A stretch of DNA of 64,000 nucleotides from Heteronotia binoei (Eukaryota), in contig NC_083229.1 in NCBI RefSeq assembly GCF_032191835.1, forward strand, positions 30,070,001 to 30,134,000, given 5' to 3'. The translations under genes and the position numbers were made by a program. The notes under the pieces were generated by a model. That model had not been told where the DNA came from. It did not search any database and saw nothing but the letters and a program-made list of their open reading frames with translations. Positions within the stretch are counted from its first letter, which is position 1. The number at the start of each line of letters is the position of its first letter. This document shows, piece after piece, positions 47,428 to 61,296 of the stretch.

Positions 47428-50400
47428 GTATCAGGAGTAGAGAGAAGGGGTGTGTGTGCACGTGTGAGTACATGCATGTGAATCAGTGTATATGTGTGTG
47501 GTGTTGATCTTTGTGTCTGTGTATGCATGCGTAAGGTTTAAAGCTTATTGAAACCTTTGAGGCTGCCATAAGCACCACCAGCAGACTATGCTTGTTTTGA
47601 TGATTTGCAGGTTTGAGCAAGACCATAGTAATTGCTTATATTAAGATTATTTTATTTCAAAAAATGAGGGTGAGGAGTAACACTTTGGATTGTAGAGGAA
47701 CAGTGTCCTATTTTCATCTGCTCTCAAACACATCTAGTTTCCTTTGTTTCTCCTTGTTACATTTGGGAACCCACTCAAGTCGCTTATGTACTGAACAGGA
47801 GAAAAACCAATCCAAACTCTCTTTTAAGAAGATTCCTTTTATAGTGAAGCTTCTAACTTTCTGACCTGACATTACATTTTGTTCTCTGGCGAAGAAATCA
47901 GCAACTTTTACAATCGCTTCCCTGCCTCCCTCTCCATTAGCGATAGAACCTCTGGCATTAATCCTATAAGCTTTGATAACCACGGGTGTTCCTTCCCTCC
48001 ATATCTTAATGCTGACTTTTTTTCTGTCTGTTGTTTAAAGAATTGTGGTGGATTATGGACTCCTCCTTGTTTAAGGAGGCCAAAAGGGTATGTTACATGT
48101 GCCAAGTTCAATTTTAGCATAGCTCATTTAACTATTTGTTGTCTTTCAAAACATTGATGTGTGCGGTGGATAACTTTTAAAAAAATTAAATGCATGTATG
48201 TCATTTGCTTTTTTTTTTTTGAGAGCTAGTTTTTAATGGCTTTTGGGTAGTCTTCATCACAAAGAATATCCACTTTTATTGATCAATTCTGTCACATTTA
48301 TTATTTTGATCCCTTTGATATTTACAGGCTAAGCATACCAAAACAACAGAGTTTTATGACACAATAAAACTAATATGCTTATTGTGGAAAAAACCTTTTA
48401 TGAACTAGAGCCTATTTTATCAGATGCATGAAGTCTTACAGCCAAACTACATTCTAAGTGGCTATGGGTCCAAACTGTAGCCACACAATTTCAAAGGAAA
48501 AGTTGGCCATTTAAAAACTGATGAACCACAGTTTCAGCACTTGAAAATGTGTGGGGAGAGGTACTGTTGTCTCTACCTTAACACTTTATACTTGATGACT
48601 AGCACATGAATGTATGAACAGATTGCACTTTGGGGCGCACTGTTTTCAGGTGATATGTGTGCAATTAGATCTTGGGATGCTCATTCATATATGAATGTCA
48701 TGAATCCATGCTGCAGTCATCCAATGGTGAACATGTGAGAATTATCCTACAACAAGAACTTATTGTTACTAGAGTGTGTGCATGTGTGTGTGTGTGTGTA
48801 TGCCCTATGATACTGGCACTTTCCAGATCTCCCATTGGCTGTGGTGTGCACTGCATCAACCTTTGGTCCATCAGCTGCCATTCAAGGTCTGTTGGATTCC
48901 ATTGGTTGAGGACTGAGGCACTGATTTTCAGAGGAGAAAAAGAAAGCTTCCCTTGATTGGCTGATAGAGGAAGAAGGGAAACTGCCATAGAAAGGCTTCC
49001 CTCTATTGGTTGAGGGCTCCTGGGTCTTCCTAGTGAATGTGTAAAAAGGAAGAGAAGTGAACAGAGTTCCTCTGTTTGTTTGGAGCTGCTCTGTTTTCAT
49101 TTTCCTGTTAGTCTGAAGAAATTGGTTGAAATAGAGCAAATAGCTACATTCAACAGTTCTGGTAAGTAAATTGCCCCAGTGAGATCACAAAAGTGTGTAC
49201 TTGCTAACTGTGTTTATTTGGGCTGCTTTGTGAGAGAGTATGTGTGTGTGCTCACTTTCATTTAGTGGAAGTGTAGTCAATTGCTGGGGATTGAGAAAAT
49301 GAAGACTGTATTCAGGGGAACTGCATTGCTGTATTTTATTTTTTTTGGGGGGGGATGGGAAAGTCTTCTGGCTCCACCCCAAAAGTCCCTGGGTATTTTC
49401 TGAGTTGAACCTGGCAACCCTACAACCAAGCTTGGTTCTGTCAGTAAAAGGCTGGGGGAGAAGGCCCTTTCCAGGCCTATTTTGGACTTTGAGGGAAAAT
49501 CGTTGGGGCCAGTTCTGACTACGGCTTCCAGTTACTAGTGCAGTTATTTAGTAAATGTAAGAAATAGAGCCCAGTTCATCTCTTAAAACTATCATATTTA
49601 AAGTACATTTAAGTCGAAGTATTACATATGGTTTCAACCCACAATGCTTGACAACCCCTATGATGTGAAAATCAGCCTTCAGGGCAGGGTCTGCTAGGCC
49701 TAGGTTCCTGTTGTGGAAGCTGACTGGGTGAATTTGGACCAGTCACAGACTTTCAGCCTAATCTACCTCACAGGGTTGTGCAGATCAAGAGGGGGAGAGG
49801 AAAATAATGTAAGCTGCTTTGGTACCACTGTGGAGAAAGACTACGAGGGGGGAGAAGATGGAAATCTGAAGTCAGAGGGACAGATGAAAGTTGGTTGATG
49901 GTTGGCTGGGAAGGAGAGAGGGTCTCCAGGTAGGGAAATTTTTGGACATTTGAGGGGTGGAGCCTGGAGTGGGTGGGGTTAGAGGAAGAGTGGAACTCAG
50001 GCAGATTAATGCCATAGACTTTGCATCCCAAACCATCTAGTTCCTTTTGGGGAACCATTGTTGCCAATCTCCAGGTGAGGCCTGGAGATCACTCAGAACT
50101 ATAATTGCTCTCCAGATGGGCAGATATCAGTTCCCCTGGAGAAAATGGTACACTAAGTCATTATACCTTGCTGAGGTCAAACCGCCAGTGTGATGTGGCA
50201 GTTGGCACTTCAGAGCAGGGTCCTAAATAGGGCTGCCAGTTCCAGGTTAGTGTGAAATTCCTGGAGATTCTTTGGTGGAGTATGAGGAGGCCATAGGAGT
50301 CCAGGCTTCAGCGTGGAGTCTGCCAGGCCCAGGTCCTTGCTGTGGAAACTGACTGAGTGATTTCAGACCAGACACAGACTTTCAGCCCAACCAGTCTCGC

Positions 50401-50874
50401 AGGGTTGTTGTGCAGATCAAAAGGGGGAAGAGGAGAATGATGTAAGCTGCTTTGGTCCCCACTGTGGAGAAAGACTGTCCTTTTCCTAGTTAGAGGCTGC
50501 AGGGAGGGGGGAGGAGATGGAAGCAATCTACCCCCATCTCTTTTGCCCCCATCTACTCTTTCTCAAGATGCCTCCCTTTTCTGATAACCTACCCAACATT
50601 CCCCCATGTCCTCCATTTCTCTTCCCTATAGCTGCCTTCTTGACATACCTTATTTCAGTATTTCCCTCCCCTCCCCCCCAAGGCCATGAAACGCACCCAT
50701 AGCAAATTTCTTGTGCCTTTTGTATTTCTCCCCACAATGGGCCTTATTACTAGTATAGTCATTAAAAAGAAATTAAGTACATGTGTATATATTTCCACTG
50801 TGGTGGGATTTTTTGTTTTGTTTTAAATCTGCACATACACCAGAATCTGGGTTTCAGTGTCAATGCAACTTTTT

Positions 50875-51057
50875 TTTGCTGTCAAGTCACAGCCAATTTA
50901 TGGTGACTCCATGGGATTTTCAAGGCAATATATGTTCAGAGGTGGTTTACCATTGTCTGTTTCTTGGTGGTCCCCATCCACATACTAACCAGGGCCAGCC
51001 TTGTTTAGCTTTCGAGATTTCACAAGATGACACTAGCCTGGGCTGTTTGAGTCAGGT
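50875..51057 (-). mobile_element. 5S-Sauria-like SINE
   Basis: catactaaccagggccagccttgtttagctttcgagatt (reversed 5S head). Confidence 0.75.
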
Positions 51058-51640
51058 CATGAAGCTTCTAGGTGTCTGATTAGGCACAAACTTCTCAACA
51101 GTGCAAAAGAATTTTAATAGCTTTGTCTGTGGATTCTTTCCTCCCCCCGCCCCCAAACACTGTTGTCAGAAAGCGTGCACTGCTGCAAGCTCTAAGTTTA
51201 AAGATTACGCAAGGATGCATTTTTAATTTTGTTGTGCATAATAGTTTCAGGGGAGCAAACATGATAGTCATGTTAAATGAGAAATGTTTCTGATCAAGCA
51301 AAGAAACAGCAGAAGGCAAAACTCATATGAAGGTTTTGTAGCTTCTCAACAATGAATATTTAATTTTCTTCTGAGGAGAAGTAGCTTTGAGGATGAAATT
51401 AACTTTACCAATTGCCTAAGATTTGCCATGGCATTTCTTTTTGGTCTACTACTTCCATCATTAATCCATCTAGAGCAGGGGTGTCAAACTCATTTGTGAT
51501 TAGGGCTGGATCTTACATAAATGGGACTTTGTTGAGCCAGGCCATGCGTGCAGTTACATATAATGCCAGGAAAATCCATTCCACATTTTGTAATCCCAGA
51601 AGAGCTTCCTGCCAACACAGATAAAGACAAGGCAGAGGGA

Positions 51641-51780
51641 ATTGGGGAGGGACGGTGGCTCAGTGATAGAGCATCTGCTTGGCAAGCAGAAGGTCACAGG
51701 TTCAATCCCTGGCATCTCCAAAAAAAGGGTCCAGGCAAATAGGTGTGAAAAACCTCAGTTTGAGACCCTGGAGTCTTGGG
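51641..51780 (+). mobile_element. tRNA-derived SINE, 3'-truncated
   Basis: A-box tggctcagtga, B-box ggttcaatccc; same family as 61297-61505. Confidence 0.82.
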
Positions 51781-51852
51781 TTTTGTTCTAGAGATAAATA
51801 GCAAGGGAAGGAAACCTTCAGGTTTTAAAAGAAGGTAGGTATAATTTAGGAT

Positions 51853-52206
51853 GCTGGAGAAGAATCTTGAGAGTCCCTCAGACTGCAAGAAGATCAGATC
51901 AGCAAGTCCTAAGGGAAATTGACCCTGATTGTTCCCTGGAAGGTCAGATGCTGAAGCTGAAGCTCAAATACTTTGGCCACCAAATGAGAAGGGAGCATTC
52001 CCTGAAGAAGATCCTGATGCTGGGAAAGACAGAAGGCAAAAGAAGAAGGGGGCAGCAAAAGATGAGATGGCTGGACAGCATTACTAATGTAACTAACACA
52101 AATTTCAGCAGACTTCAGAGGATGGTGGAAAACAGGAGAGCCTGGGGTGACTTGGTCCATGGGGTCGCAAAGAGTCAGAATCGACTGTGTGACTGAACAA
52201 CAAAAA
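51853..52206 (+). mobile_element. BovB (RTE) LINE 3' end
   Basis: ORF 51867..52196 (LKLKLKYFGH, LMLGKTEGKRRRG, MRWLDSI); tail gactgaacaacaaaa; 12-bp TSD ataatttaggat. Confidence 0.93.
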
Positions 52207-53366
52207 ATAATTTAGGATTATAGCCAAATGTCTGAAGGATTGGCATAAGGCTCTTTCCTTTGTTGGTAACTCATTTATCTCCTTTTAAATTCACCTGTCC
52301 TCTTTCCTAAAGCTTTGGTGGACAACTTTCTCCTATGGCCAAGGAGCCGGAAGTGTTGATGCCCTCCTGCAGATATTGTTGATCATGCTTGGGTTTTGCC
52401 TTGTGAACCATGCGTTTGCCTCGTGAAGCTTGCAATCCTAACAGAAAATGCATCATTCTATGTCCAAGGTTGTAGAAAAGTTTAAATATGGTTAGGAATG
52501 CAATATAAATAAATCAGATGAAGTCCCCCCCCCCAATTCCAAATGGTTTTGCAGAAATACCGAGACTTTGCCCTTTCTTGCCTGAAGCCTTTGTTTCTGC
52601 CTCGTTGACTGCCAAAAATGGCAAACAATGACAACCCTTGGATAAAGTGAGGCAGACGTCCAATGTGCTAATCTAAAATCTTACCAACAGCTTCCCATAA
52701 TTAAGCCCACAGCCACTATCTATGCCATGCTATGTGCTTTATTGGCGCGGCATCAAGGGAGTTGCTTGGTCTTTGGGGGGCAATTTTGTTTTAATAAGCA
52801 AACCAGTTTCTCTTATTTCACAGCAAGGAAGCCAACATGAAAGGTAGCAGCCATCTCCAATTCTGTCTCTGGAGAATGAACAAATGCTCCAGTTGGCCCA
52901 CACACTTCTGGAGCTGCCATGCAAGATAAGCTGGTCCTCCAGCAATGCTTGACCTTTAGATCGGCATGTGTCAACTTAATGCCACTTCATTTCCAGCTGT
53001 ATCCAGTTGCCATCTGCTCATGAACCTCTTGTACAAAGAATAAACGTTAACTGTCAAAATAAATAAGGGCTGCCAACTCTCTCTCTCTCTCTCTCTCTCT
53101 GCAAGGTAGATTACTATATTAGGGCTGATCTACACCCATCTTCTGGAATCTACTTCCCTGATGGTTGGCTTTTCATCTTGCTCAGATTTCCTGCAAACTA
53201 AACTGCCAGTCTTAATCTGTATCGAATATTTTAATGACTGGAACTACCATCATTCACAGAAAGTACCATATTATGTATTTTTTGTAAGCCAGCCTGGGCA
53301 TGGGAAGAGTTACATAACTAGTACAATTAATTACAATTCTTCCTAAGGGAGAATCACTGTTGAAGC

Positions 53367-53560
53367 CAGGGCTGTTTTGTAGAAAAAGCCCAGCGGGAAC
53401 TCATTTGTATATTAGGACACACCCCATCATCACCATTGCTTCACACAGGGCTTTTCAAAATAAATAGCCCAGGATGGACTCATTTGCATATTAGGCCACA
53501 CCCCTGACACCAAGCTAGCGGGAATTGTGTTTCTGTGCATTCCTGCTCAAAGGAGCCCTG
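53367..53560. mobile_element. CAGGGCTTTT-family hAT MITE with internal duplication
   Basis: TIRs; TSD gttgaagc/gttaaagc. Confidence 0.85.
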
Positions 53561-54024
53561 GTTAAAGCTCAGGATCTGACCCTTTTGTGGATGAAGCTCT
53601 TAATATGCTGCTATAGTGCAGGATTTCTTGGTAGACATGCAGGCTAAATCACAAGTATCCAAAGAGACTCATTGAGAGCAGGTGAAAAACCAGGAGGCAG
53701 GGGAGAACCAGTTGCTGTCTGTTGACCCTTGACAACTCACCACTCAGGGAGAGGTTGACCTCCCAGTTCTCTGTCCAAATTTTAATCTGAAGGAGCTATC
53801 ACTGCTTCGATCAAACAACTCTTTTATATTTACACAGCACAACTACATATTAGATTATTCTTTAGCCTGGTTTTAGAATCTTCACACTTCTAATTGTCAG
53901 TAGAATTAACACTTTTTTATTCTATTCATTCTTTTGTTCTTGGGCATCAAGTCCTCCCATCATAGTTCATGTAATCAGACTGGTAATATTTTGTGGCTCT
54001 TATATTCCGTAAAGGAGGGAAGGC

Positions 54025-54895
54025 AGTGCTGTATAGCCGAATCTCATCAGATCTCAGAAGCTAAGCAGGGTCAGTAAAATCATAAAGTCATAGAGTTGGA
54101 AGGGGCCATATAAGCCATCTAGCCCAGCTCCCTGCTTAATGCAGAATCAACCTAGACTGAGCATCCCTGACAAGTGTTTGTCCACCCACTGCTTAAAGAC
54201 TGCCAATGAGGGGGGAGCTCACCACTTCCCTTGGTAGCTAATTCCACTGTTGAACAACTCTTACTGTAAAAATGTTTTTCCTGCTATCCAACTGATACCT
54301 TCCCGCCCTTAATATAAAGCCATTATTGTGAGTCCTGTCCCCTTCTGCCAATAGGAACAGCTCCCTGTCTTCCTCTCTTGGCCTGTTCTCACAGAGCTCG
54401 GTCTCCAGGCTCCTGATCATCCTTGTTGCTCTTCTCTGCACCTGCTCCATCTGTCCACATCATTTTTGAAGTGAAGCCTCCAGAACTGTACATAATACAC
54501 CAGGTGTGGCCTGACCAATGTTGTGTACTGTGGAAGTATGACTTCTTGTGATTTGAATGTTATGCCTCTGTTGATACTCCCTCCCCCCGGATTGTGTTAG
54601 CCTATTTTGTTGCTGCATCACACTGGCTGCTCATAATTAACTTACAGAACTTGGTCATACACACTGCTTCCCATTAGTGTATCCCCCTTAGTACTTAGAA
54701 GCTAAGCAGGGTCAGTAAAATCATAAAGTCATAGAGTTGGAAGGGCCATATAAGCCATCTAGTCCAGCTCCCTGCTTAATGCAGGATCAACCACCAAGGA
54801 AGACTCTGCAGAGGAAAGCAAAGCACCTCTGCCTTGAAACCACCTTGCTGGGGTTGACATAAATCAGCTGCAACTTGACAGTACCTGACACATAA
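54025..54895 (+). mobile_element. 5S-Sauria-like SINE interrupted by CR1 sequence
   Basis: Head atctcatcagatctcagaagctaagcagggtcagta; tail accaaggaagactctgcagagg..gacttgacagta after 54792. Confidence 0.75.
54076..54690 (-). mobile_element. CR1 LINE 3' fragment
   Basis: ORF 54238..54450 (EQVQRRATRMI..RVVQQWN) and reversed tail. Confidence 0.88.
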
Positions 54896-55364
54896 ACACG
54901 CATATTCCATCAGGCATGATGTTCTGGAAAGAAGATTTTCTGATGAACTTACTCTCTGACTGTCCTTGACACTGTTCTTAACTCATTTTATTACTTTCTG
55001 TACCGGACATGGCTTTATCTCCTGTTTTCAGTTGCATTATAACCAGAAGGAAAGATAAACCCTCCCTTCTCTTGTTCTCATAATAATTTTGGATTATGGA
55101 GAGTGATAAGTGCTCTTTTCCTTTTCCCTCTGATGGGACCTATTTGGCCTCTTCCAAAATGTCTCTTGGTACCGTTTTCACATTTTTAAAACTATAAAGC
55201 TAACCAGTACTTGGCTAGAGGAATGCCATAGAAGCCACTTAGTAAAATTAAATATTTTTTTAAAAGTCTTTTTCTCCCTGGCTGAGCCTCTAAGTACAGC
55301 TGCACGTTCATTGAATCTACATGGATAAAATCTTGGACTCAGCAGGTTTTCTGAGAGCATGAAG

Positions 55365-55530
55365 CTGCCTTCTACAGAGTCATACCATTGGTCTGTCAAG
55401 GTTAGTGTTGTGTCTTCTGACTGGCAGTGGTTCTTTAGGGTCTCAGGTCATGGTATTTTACATCACTAGATACCTGATCCTTCAACTAAAGATGCTGTGT
55501 ACTGAACCTGAGTCTTTGTAGCACTGAGCT
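55365..55530 (-). mobile_element. tRNA-derived SINE with CR1-like tail, degraded
   Basis: catgaagctgccttctacagagtcataccattgg.. Confidence 0.65.
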
Positions 55531-56429
55531 ATAGCCTTTGCAAGTTGTATGCATACGAGTATCCGTGCAGCTCTTTGACTGATCGTGTTGATGCTGAGAA
55601 TGGCATGGTGACTGTGATCCTGTCATCCTTTTCCATCTTCCCCCTTGTGAAGGTCAGAATGGAACTAAAGTTTAAAATAAATGTGGATTGACTTGGAAAT
55701 GGATGGGAAGCATCCTCCTAGCATCTGTTTTCAGCTATAAATGTCAGTTGCATCATTATAAACCATCAGTGGCCCAACAGGTAGTAATTATTGCTGCTGT
55801 TTTATGTGAAACTCCTCCTCTGTAATCATTAACAGTGTTCCTAAATCCTGGCTCTGAAAATCAGTAGTGGAATGAAATGTATATTAGCAGCTGAGATTTT
55901 AGAGAGGAAAGCTACTTCCAGCAACTGCCCTTTGTCTGTTCAAGATGTCCTAAAACTGAATCATTTCTTCTAAGCACAGTTTGTATCCACATCCAACATT
56001 ATGGATGTGAAACTACTTCTGGAGATAGGGTTTGTTTTTTCATTGTAATGGAAAAACAGGTGTTGGAACTCTCAAGAGGAAAATGTAGGAAAAACACATG
56101 GGTGCCCCTCATGAACTTTTGAATATTTTTTGAGAATTTTGTTTCCATTCCATTCCTCAAGGGGGGAGCCTCTTTAAAAAATCTCCTTCTAGCTATTTAC
56201 ACCCAAAACTTTTTCTTAGGGGAGGGGATCAACTCATAGCCAACCACAAATTACTCAGTAATATACATTTAAGTTCATTGTCAAAACTGAAAGGTCAGCC
56301 AAGAACATAGACTCATGCAGAACTACAACATGCAACCTCAGCTGATGGTAGGTAATGTTGCTGCATTTCTGCTTAAATAGTAACTGGATGAACTGATCTC
56401 ACCCACTACAGAGCCATAGAAGAGTTTTT

Positions 56430-56432
<3 letters not shown>

Positions 56433-56510
<78 letters not shown>
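56433..56510. repeat. (AT)n microsatellite
   Basis: Direct reading. Confidence 0.98.
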
Positions 56511-56512
<2 letters not shown>

Positions 56513-56745
56513 CCTCTTTAAAGTGCTAAGAACAGGGAAGAGAGGATTAGTTTTGATAAATGAAACTAAGTGAGGATAGAAGTATTAGTTTATGTATCTG
56601 TTTAGTTTACTTATACACCACCTTTCTCCATGGGAGGGGGATCCAAAATGATGTATATCAATCTTTTCCCCTCCATTTTATTCTGATAATACTCCTGTGA
56701 GTTAGGTTAGGTTGAGCATGTGCGACTTGCTCAGGGTCACCCAAT

Positions 56746-56907
56746 CAGGGTTTTTTTGGTAGAAAAAGCCCAACAGGGACTCATTTGCATATTAGGCCAT
56801 TAGTATAAAAAGCCCAGCAAGAACTCATTAACATATTAGGCCACACCCCCTGATGCCAACCCAGCCAGAACTGCATTCTTGTGTGTTCCTGCTCAAAAAA
56901 AGCCCTG
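56746..56907. mobile_element. CAGGGCTTTT-family MITE nested in a MIR-like SINE (about 56620-56990, minus)
   Basis: TIRs; flanks cacccaat/aacccagt inside the SINE motif ggtcacccag. Confidence 0.78.
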
Positions 56908-59496
56908 AACCCAGTGAACTTTCATAGTAGAGTAGGAATTTAACCTGGATCTCCCAGATTGTAGTCTGACATTCTAACCACTACACCAAAACCACTATCA
57001 AAATTTGCCCTTTACAGGTGAACAGAGATCTATGATTTTTGGCACTTTTTTTTTTGGTCCACATTTATCCACAAGTAATAATTTATTACAAAAGGAAAGA
57101 TTAGAGCAATGAATCACAGAGACACAGTGGATAGCTGTGTGTCAAAATTTTGGAATTTCAGGAGTCAAACAAATTTAATTAGTTGAAATACTTTTTGAGA
57201 CTTATGCCAGTTCTTTAAGGCATAGAGTTTGGGAATTAAGCCATTGGTGTATTGGGGAGGGGTTTTGCCAAGTAACTATTCAACTGGCAGCTATTTACCA
57301 TCTAATTTCTTGCTCTCTGTCCATCTTCTCAATCTGGTTCCTTTCGTATTGATGCTATGTCAGGCATTCCCAGACTTTTCCCTGGGTCCCACTCTTGTTT
57401 TCTGAGGAGGAGGAGGAGAACTGTTATTTTCCTCTCTAGGCCATGCTGGCCTTTCATTCTAATGCTGGTCCAACTTAAAGTCTTAACAAGGGCTGAATAC
57501 AGATGGCCTGTTTGGACTGACACGGGAACTTCCCACAGCCAGATTTAAGTTGTGCATTCAAACATGCACATCTGGGTCCCACCTCGCTCCAGCCCTTACG
57601 TCATCCTCTGGCGCCTCTCTGCCACCTTAAAAATCTCTGAAGCACTTTCCTATTGCCTTCCCCAGCTGTCTGAAAAGCTGGGGAGTGAACAGTCTGACCG
57701 CTTCTCCAGAGCACACACAGCCCATCCCTCTTCTGGCAGTGGGGGCACACACTGTCTGACCACCCCGAGGTGCCTCAGACTGTGCCAGCTTTTTTTATGA
57801 TCCATGAGGCTGCTGCCCCAAGCTGCCCATCTGTACCCAGCCAAGGACCCTCTGATACATTACCAGAATCACAGTTCATCTTGTTTTCATGTTGTGTGGC
57901 CATAGCATATAATCCCCTCCATACTATATTGTGTTGTATCAGCAGGCTTGAATTGCAATATTTGTGTTGGTGTTTCATCTAACACTTGTCACCTGGAATG
58001 ATGGTCCCCTTCAAAACATCAGAAGAAGACAAAAAGTCTCCATAATATTTTGTAATTTCATTTCCTCCAGCTGCACTGGCAGAGGAGCGATGTTTAACAC
58101 ATTGACAACATGGGAGAGAAGAGGCAAGGAAATTGTAATGAAGTTGATTTTGGAAAGTGAGAGAAGTGAGAGAAGAAAAAAATGCCACAAAGCTCATGAT
58201 GAGTAATGGATTGTTAATGAAGAAGTGCTGGCATCCAAACTAAAATAGTTGTCTCTGCTACCTCCAAAGATGTTGTTGTTTTTGCAGAGTTAACATTTTA
58301 GCTCAGAGAATGAGGGGGAGGGAACTAACACAAGAGATGAAGACAAATGAACTGATTAAAGTCACAGCTGCCTCCAGCAGGTAAGAAAATAGACAAATAT
58401 TAATCGGCATAGGTTCAAAGATACTGCTCAGATGCCGCTGTGATGGCTTTTGGTTTGCTTTAAAGATGAAAAATGATAAATAGCCACATTCAAATGAAGA
58501 CTCTCCAAGCTTTCAACCTGGCTACAATATTTGTTGGTTTAGAAAATATATATGCTGACTCTCTAGAGACCTGGTAAAGATTTTTTTTTAAAAAAAAGAT
58601 ACTAAAACTAGTATTAAAAGAAAATAATAAACAACCATAAAACCAGTCATTATAAACAAGTCAGGGTTTAAAGCAGCATACAACTGCAGTCTGAAAAAAA
58701 TATAAGAATCCTCTCATAGATTTGGCCTCCCACCAGTAAGGTCTGTTCCCCCCCACCGCCCCTCACATCCTTGGTGAGGGTGAGCTCAGTGGTGGCTGAA
58801 GCTTCTAGCCTCTGTGAACACGCACACGCCACTGCTCTGCCCCTCCCATCTGTGCTTGGAAGCACAGACGCCCTGCAGCCAAGCTCTCTGTTTCCCTCCC
58901 TGAGGAAGCGAGGGCAGGCAGGAGTGCCAAAACTGGTGTCCTTCCCCCAGAGCCACGCTCCAGGCAGCAGCCTCATGCTGCCTAATGGATGTGCTGGCTC
59001 TGCCTATAGGGGTATCTTTTCCCGTCTTTTCCTCCTTGTACTTTGAACTGGTGGTCTGAACTTTTTCATGTTTCTTGTTTCTATATTAGTCAGATGGGTG
59101 GGGAATGTGGAGCAGGGCTTCTTGTGTGGTAGCACCTCCTTGGTAGAACACCCTGGCAAGGGAGACAACCCCGAATGCTTCCTCCCCCTCCCTGTTTTCT
59201 TTCTGCCAGCTAATGAAAACCCCAGTGGCTGATCCACGATTTGACTGGAGGCTTGGTTTGTCCCTTTCATTTGTTTATTATTTTTGCTTCTGTCTTGTAG
59301 TTGCATTTTTATCCCATTCACAATGCTCGTACCAAAGCTGTGGATAAGATAATGACTGGCCCAGAATGACCCAGTTAAGTTCATGGTAGAGTTGGGATCT
59401 GAATCAGATCTCTCCAGACATAGCATAACACTCTAACCAGTATAGCTCACTGTATGCCAGCAAATTTTAGAGTGCTGTTTTTAAAGAGTTTTAAAA

Positions 59497-60270
59497 CTGT
59501 TAGGCAGCTGGTTCCCTACCTGTCTTGCCCCAATCTAGCTACAGTGATCCATGCAATGGTCACCTCCATTCTAGACTACTGTAACTTGCTCTACATAGGG
59601 CTACCCTTGAGACTGACCCAGAAATTACAAATGGTCCAGCATGCAGTGACACAGGTTCTTACTGGAACCTCACTGACAGCACATATCCAACCAGTGCTTC
59701 ACTAGCTGCACTGGCTCTAGATGGAATAATGGATCAGGTTCAAGGTTCTGGTACTGACCTTCAAGGCTCTAAATGGTCTAGGACTAGCCTATCTACAAGT
59801 CCACCTTTCTTGGTGTATCCCCCAAAGAGCATTATGCCCAGGCAAGAATTTACTGGTGATCCCTGAAGAGCATCCAGCTGTGCTCAGCGAGAGCCAGAAC
59901 CTTTTTGGTCCTGGCACTGGCTTGTTGGAACTCTCTGCCAAATGACATCCAAGTCCTATGGGACATAATGCAGTTTCCCGGGGCTTCTAAGACAGAGGTG
60001 CTCCACTAGGCTTACAACTGAGGACAGCAACCAGTTTCCATCCATCCTGGCTTCTTCCTTCTTTTCCCCTTATGGGGATAAGACACTACTTTATGTCTCT
60101 TTACCTGCCATTCTGTAACTGCTAGTTAACCTTTTAAGGTTTTTAAAAAATGATTTATTAATTTTAACTGATCGTGAATTTTATCATTGAAAATGTTACC
60201 TGCTCTGAACCCTCCTTGCAGGGGAGGGAGGACTATAAAAAAAACATAATAGCAAATAAATAATAAAAAT
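59497..60270 (+). mobile_element. L2 LINE 3' portion, degraded
   Basis: ORF 59454..59705 (VRQLVPYL..VIHAMVTSILDYCNLLYIGLP). Confidence 0.85.
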
Positions 60271-61296
60271 GAAACCATCCAACAATTAACTAACATACTG
60301 CAGAGATACAAACAAGAAATCCAGCATATTTGAGAGAGTCTGCCTACTAGATAAATAAAATCATAGTAAGTATTACTTGTCACACATTTGCAGCCATCAT
60401 TGGAGATTCCAACAACTTGCCCTTCCCAAAAAATACTTTTAAGCATCAGGGCATTATTTTACTTGAAAACATCACAATCCAAATTTTATACTTCCAGAAT
60501 GAAACAGAAGGCAGTTGTTTCCCATATCTTGCAATTAAAATTCCAGCCAAAGTTAGCATAATCATTATCAAATGCAAATGTTCTTTGTTTTTACTGCCTC
60601 AGTGAGAACTTTTGCCAGTGAAATATAAACTGGATTCAGCAAAATTGAATCTCCAGTCACTGATTAATATCCAATCCTAGAAAAGCTTAATAGGACTCCA
60701 ATTTCACAATATATACTTAAAAAATATGTCCCTCCAGCCTTTTGTCCAGCCTTTTACTCTAATGGGGACCCAAAACAGGTTACATTTTTCTCCTCTGCTC
60801 TGTGTTATCCTCACAAGAGCCCTTCAGAAGAGGTTAGTCTGACAGTGTGCAACTAACCCAGCAAAATTCCACGGCAAGCTGGGGAGTGAAACATCAGCCA
60901 CTCTAACCACTACACTGCACTCTCTCTCACACCCTTCCAAAAGACCCTTGCCTCAGAATGAATTCAGTTATCATTTATATTGTCTGACAAAGCATTTTTG
61001 TGAATTAATTATTTGTTCACAGATGATTACCACATTTGCGTGGCATTTTGAAAACAGAAATGACTATCAATCATGATAGGGTATAATTAAAGCCTTTTCA
61101 TAGCACCTAGAGCAATCCATTTTCAATCCATTTTTCAGTGTACTAAAATAGACATGTAAACCTGCTGCACTGCAGGTTTTTTTGTGTGGCTTTGCATTTA
61201 TCAATATAAAATTAGTTTACCTGAGAAAAACAAGACACATAAGGAAACCATTAGAAAAGCAAGAAATTAAATGCCAGTCTTTCTTCTTCAAATATG

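Noticed and set aside
51641-51720. tRNA gene
   Set aside because: The head is fused to a SINE body repeated elsewhere and there is no complete acceptor stem.
52815-52900. Acceptor-like tttctcttatttcacag as a further CSMD3 exon
   Set aside because: The downstream translation shows no CUB-domain similarity; neighbouring CSMD3 exons were not found anywhere in the window.
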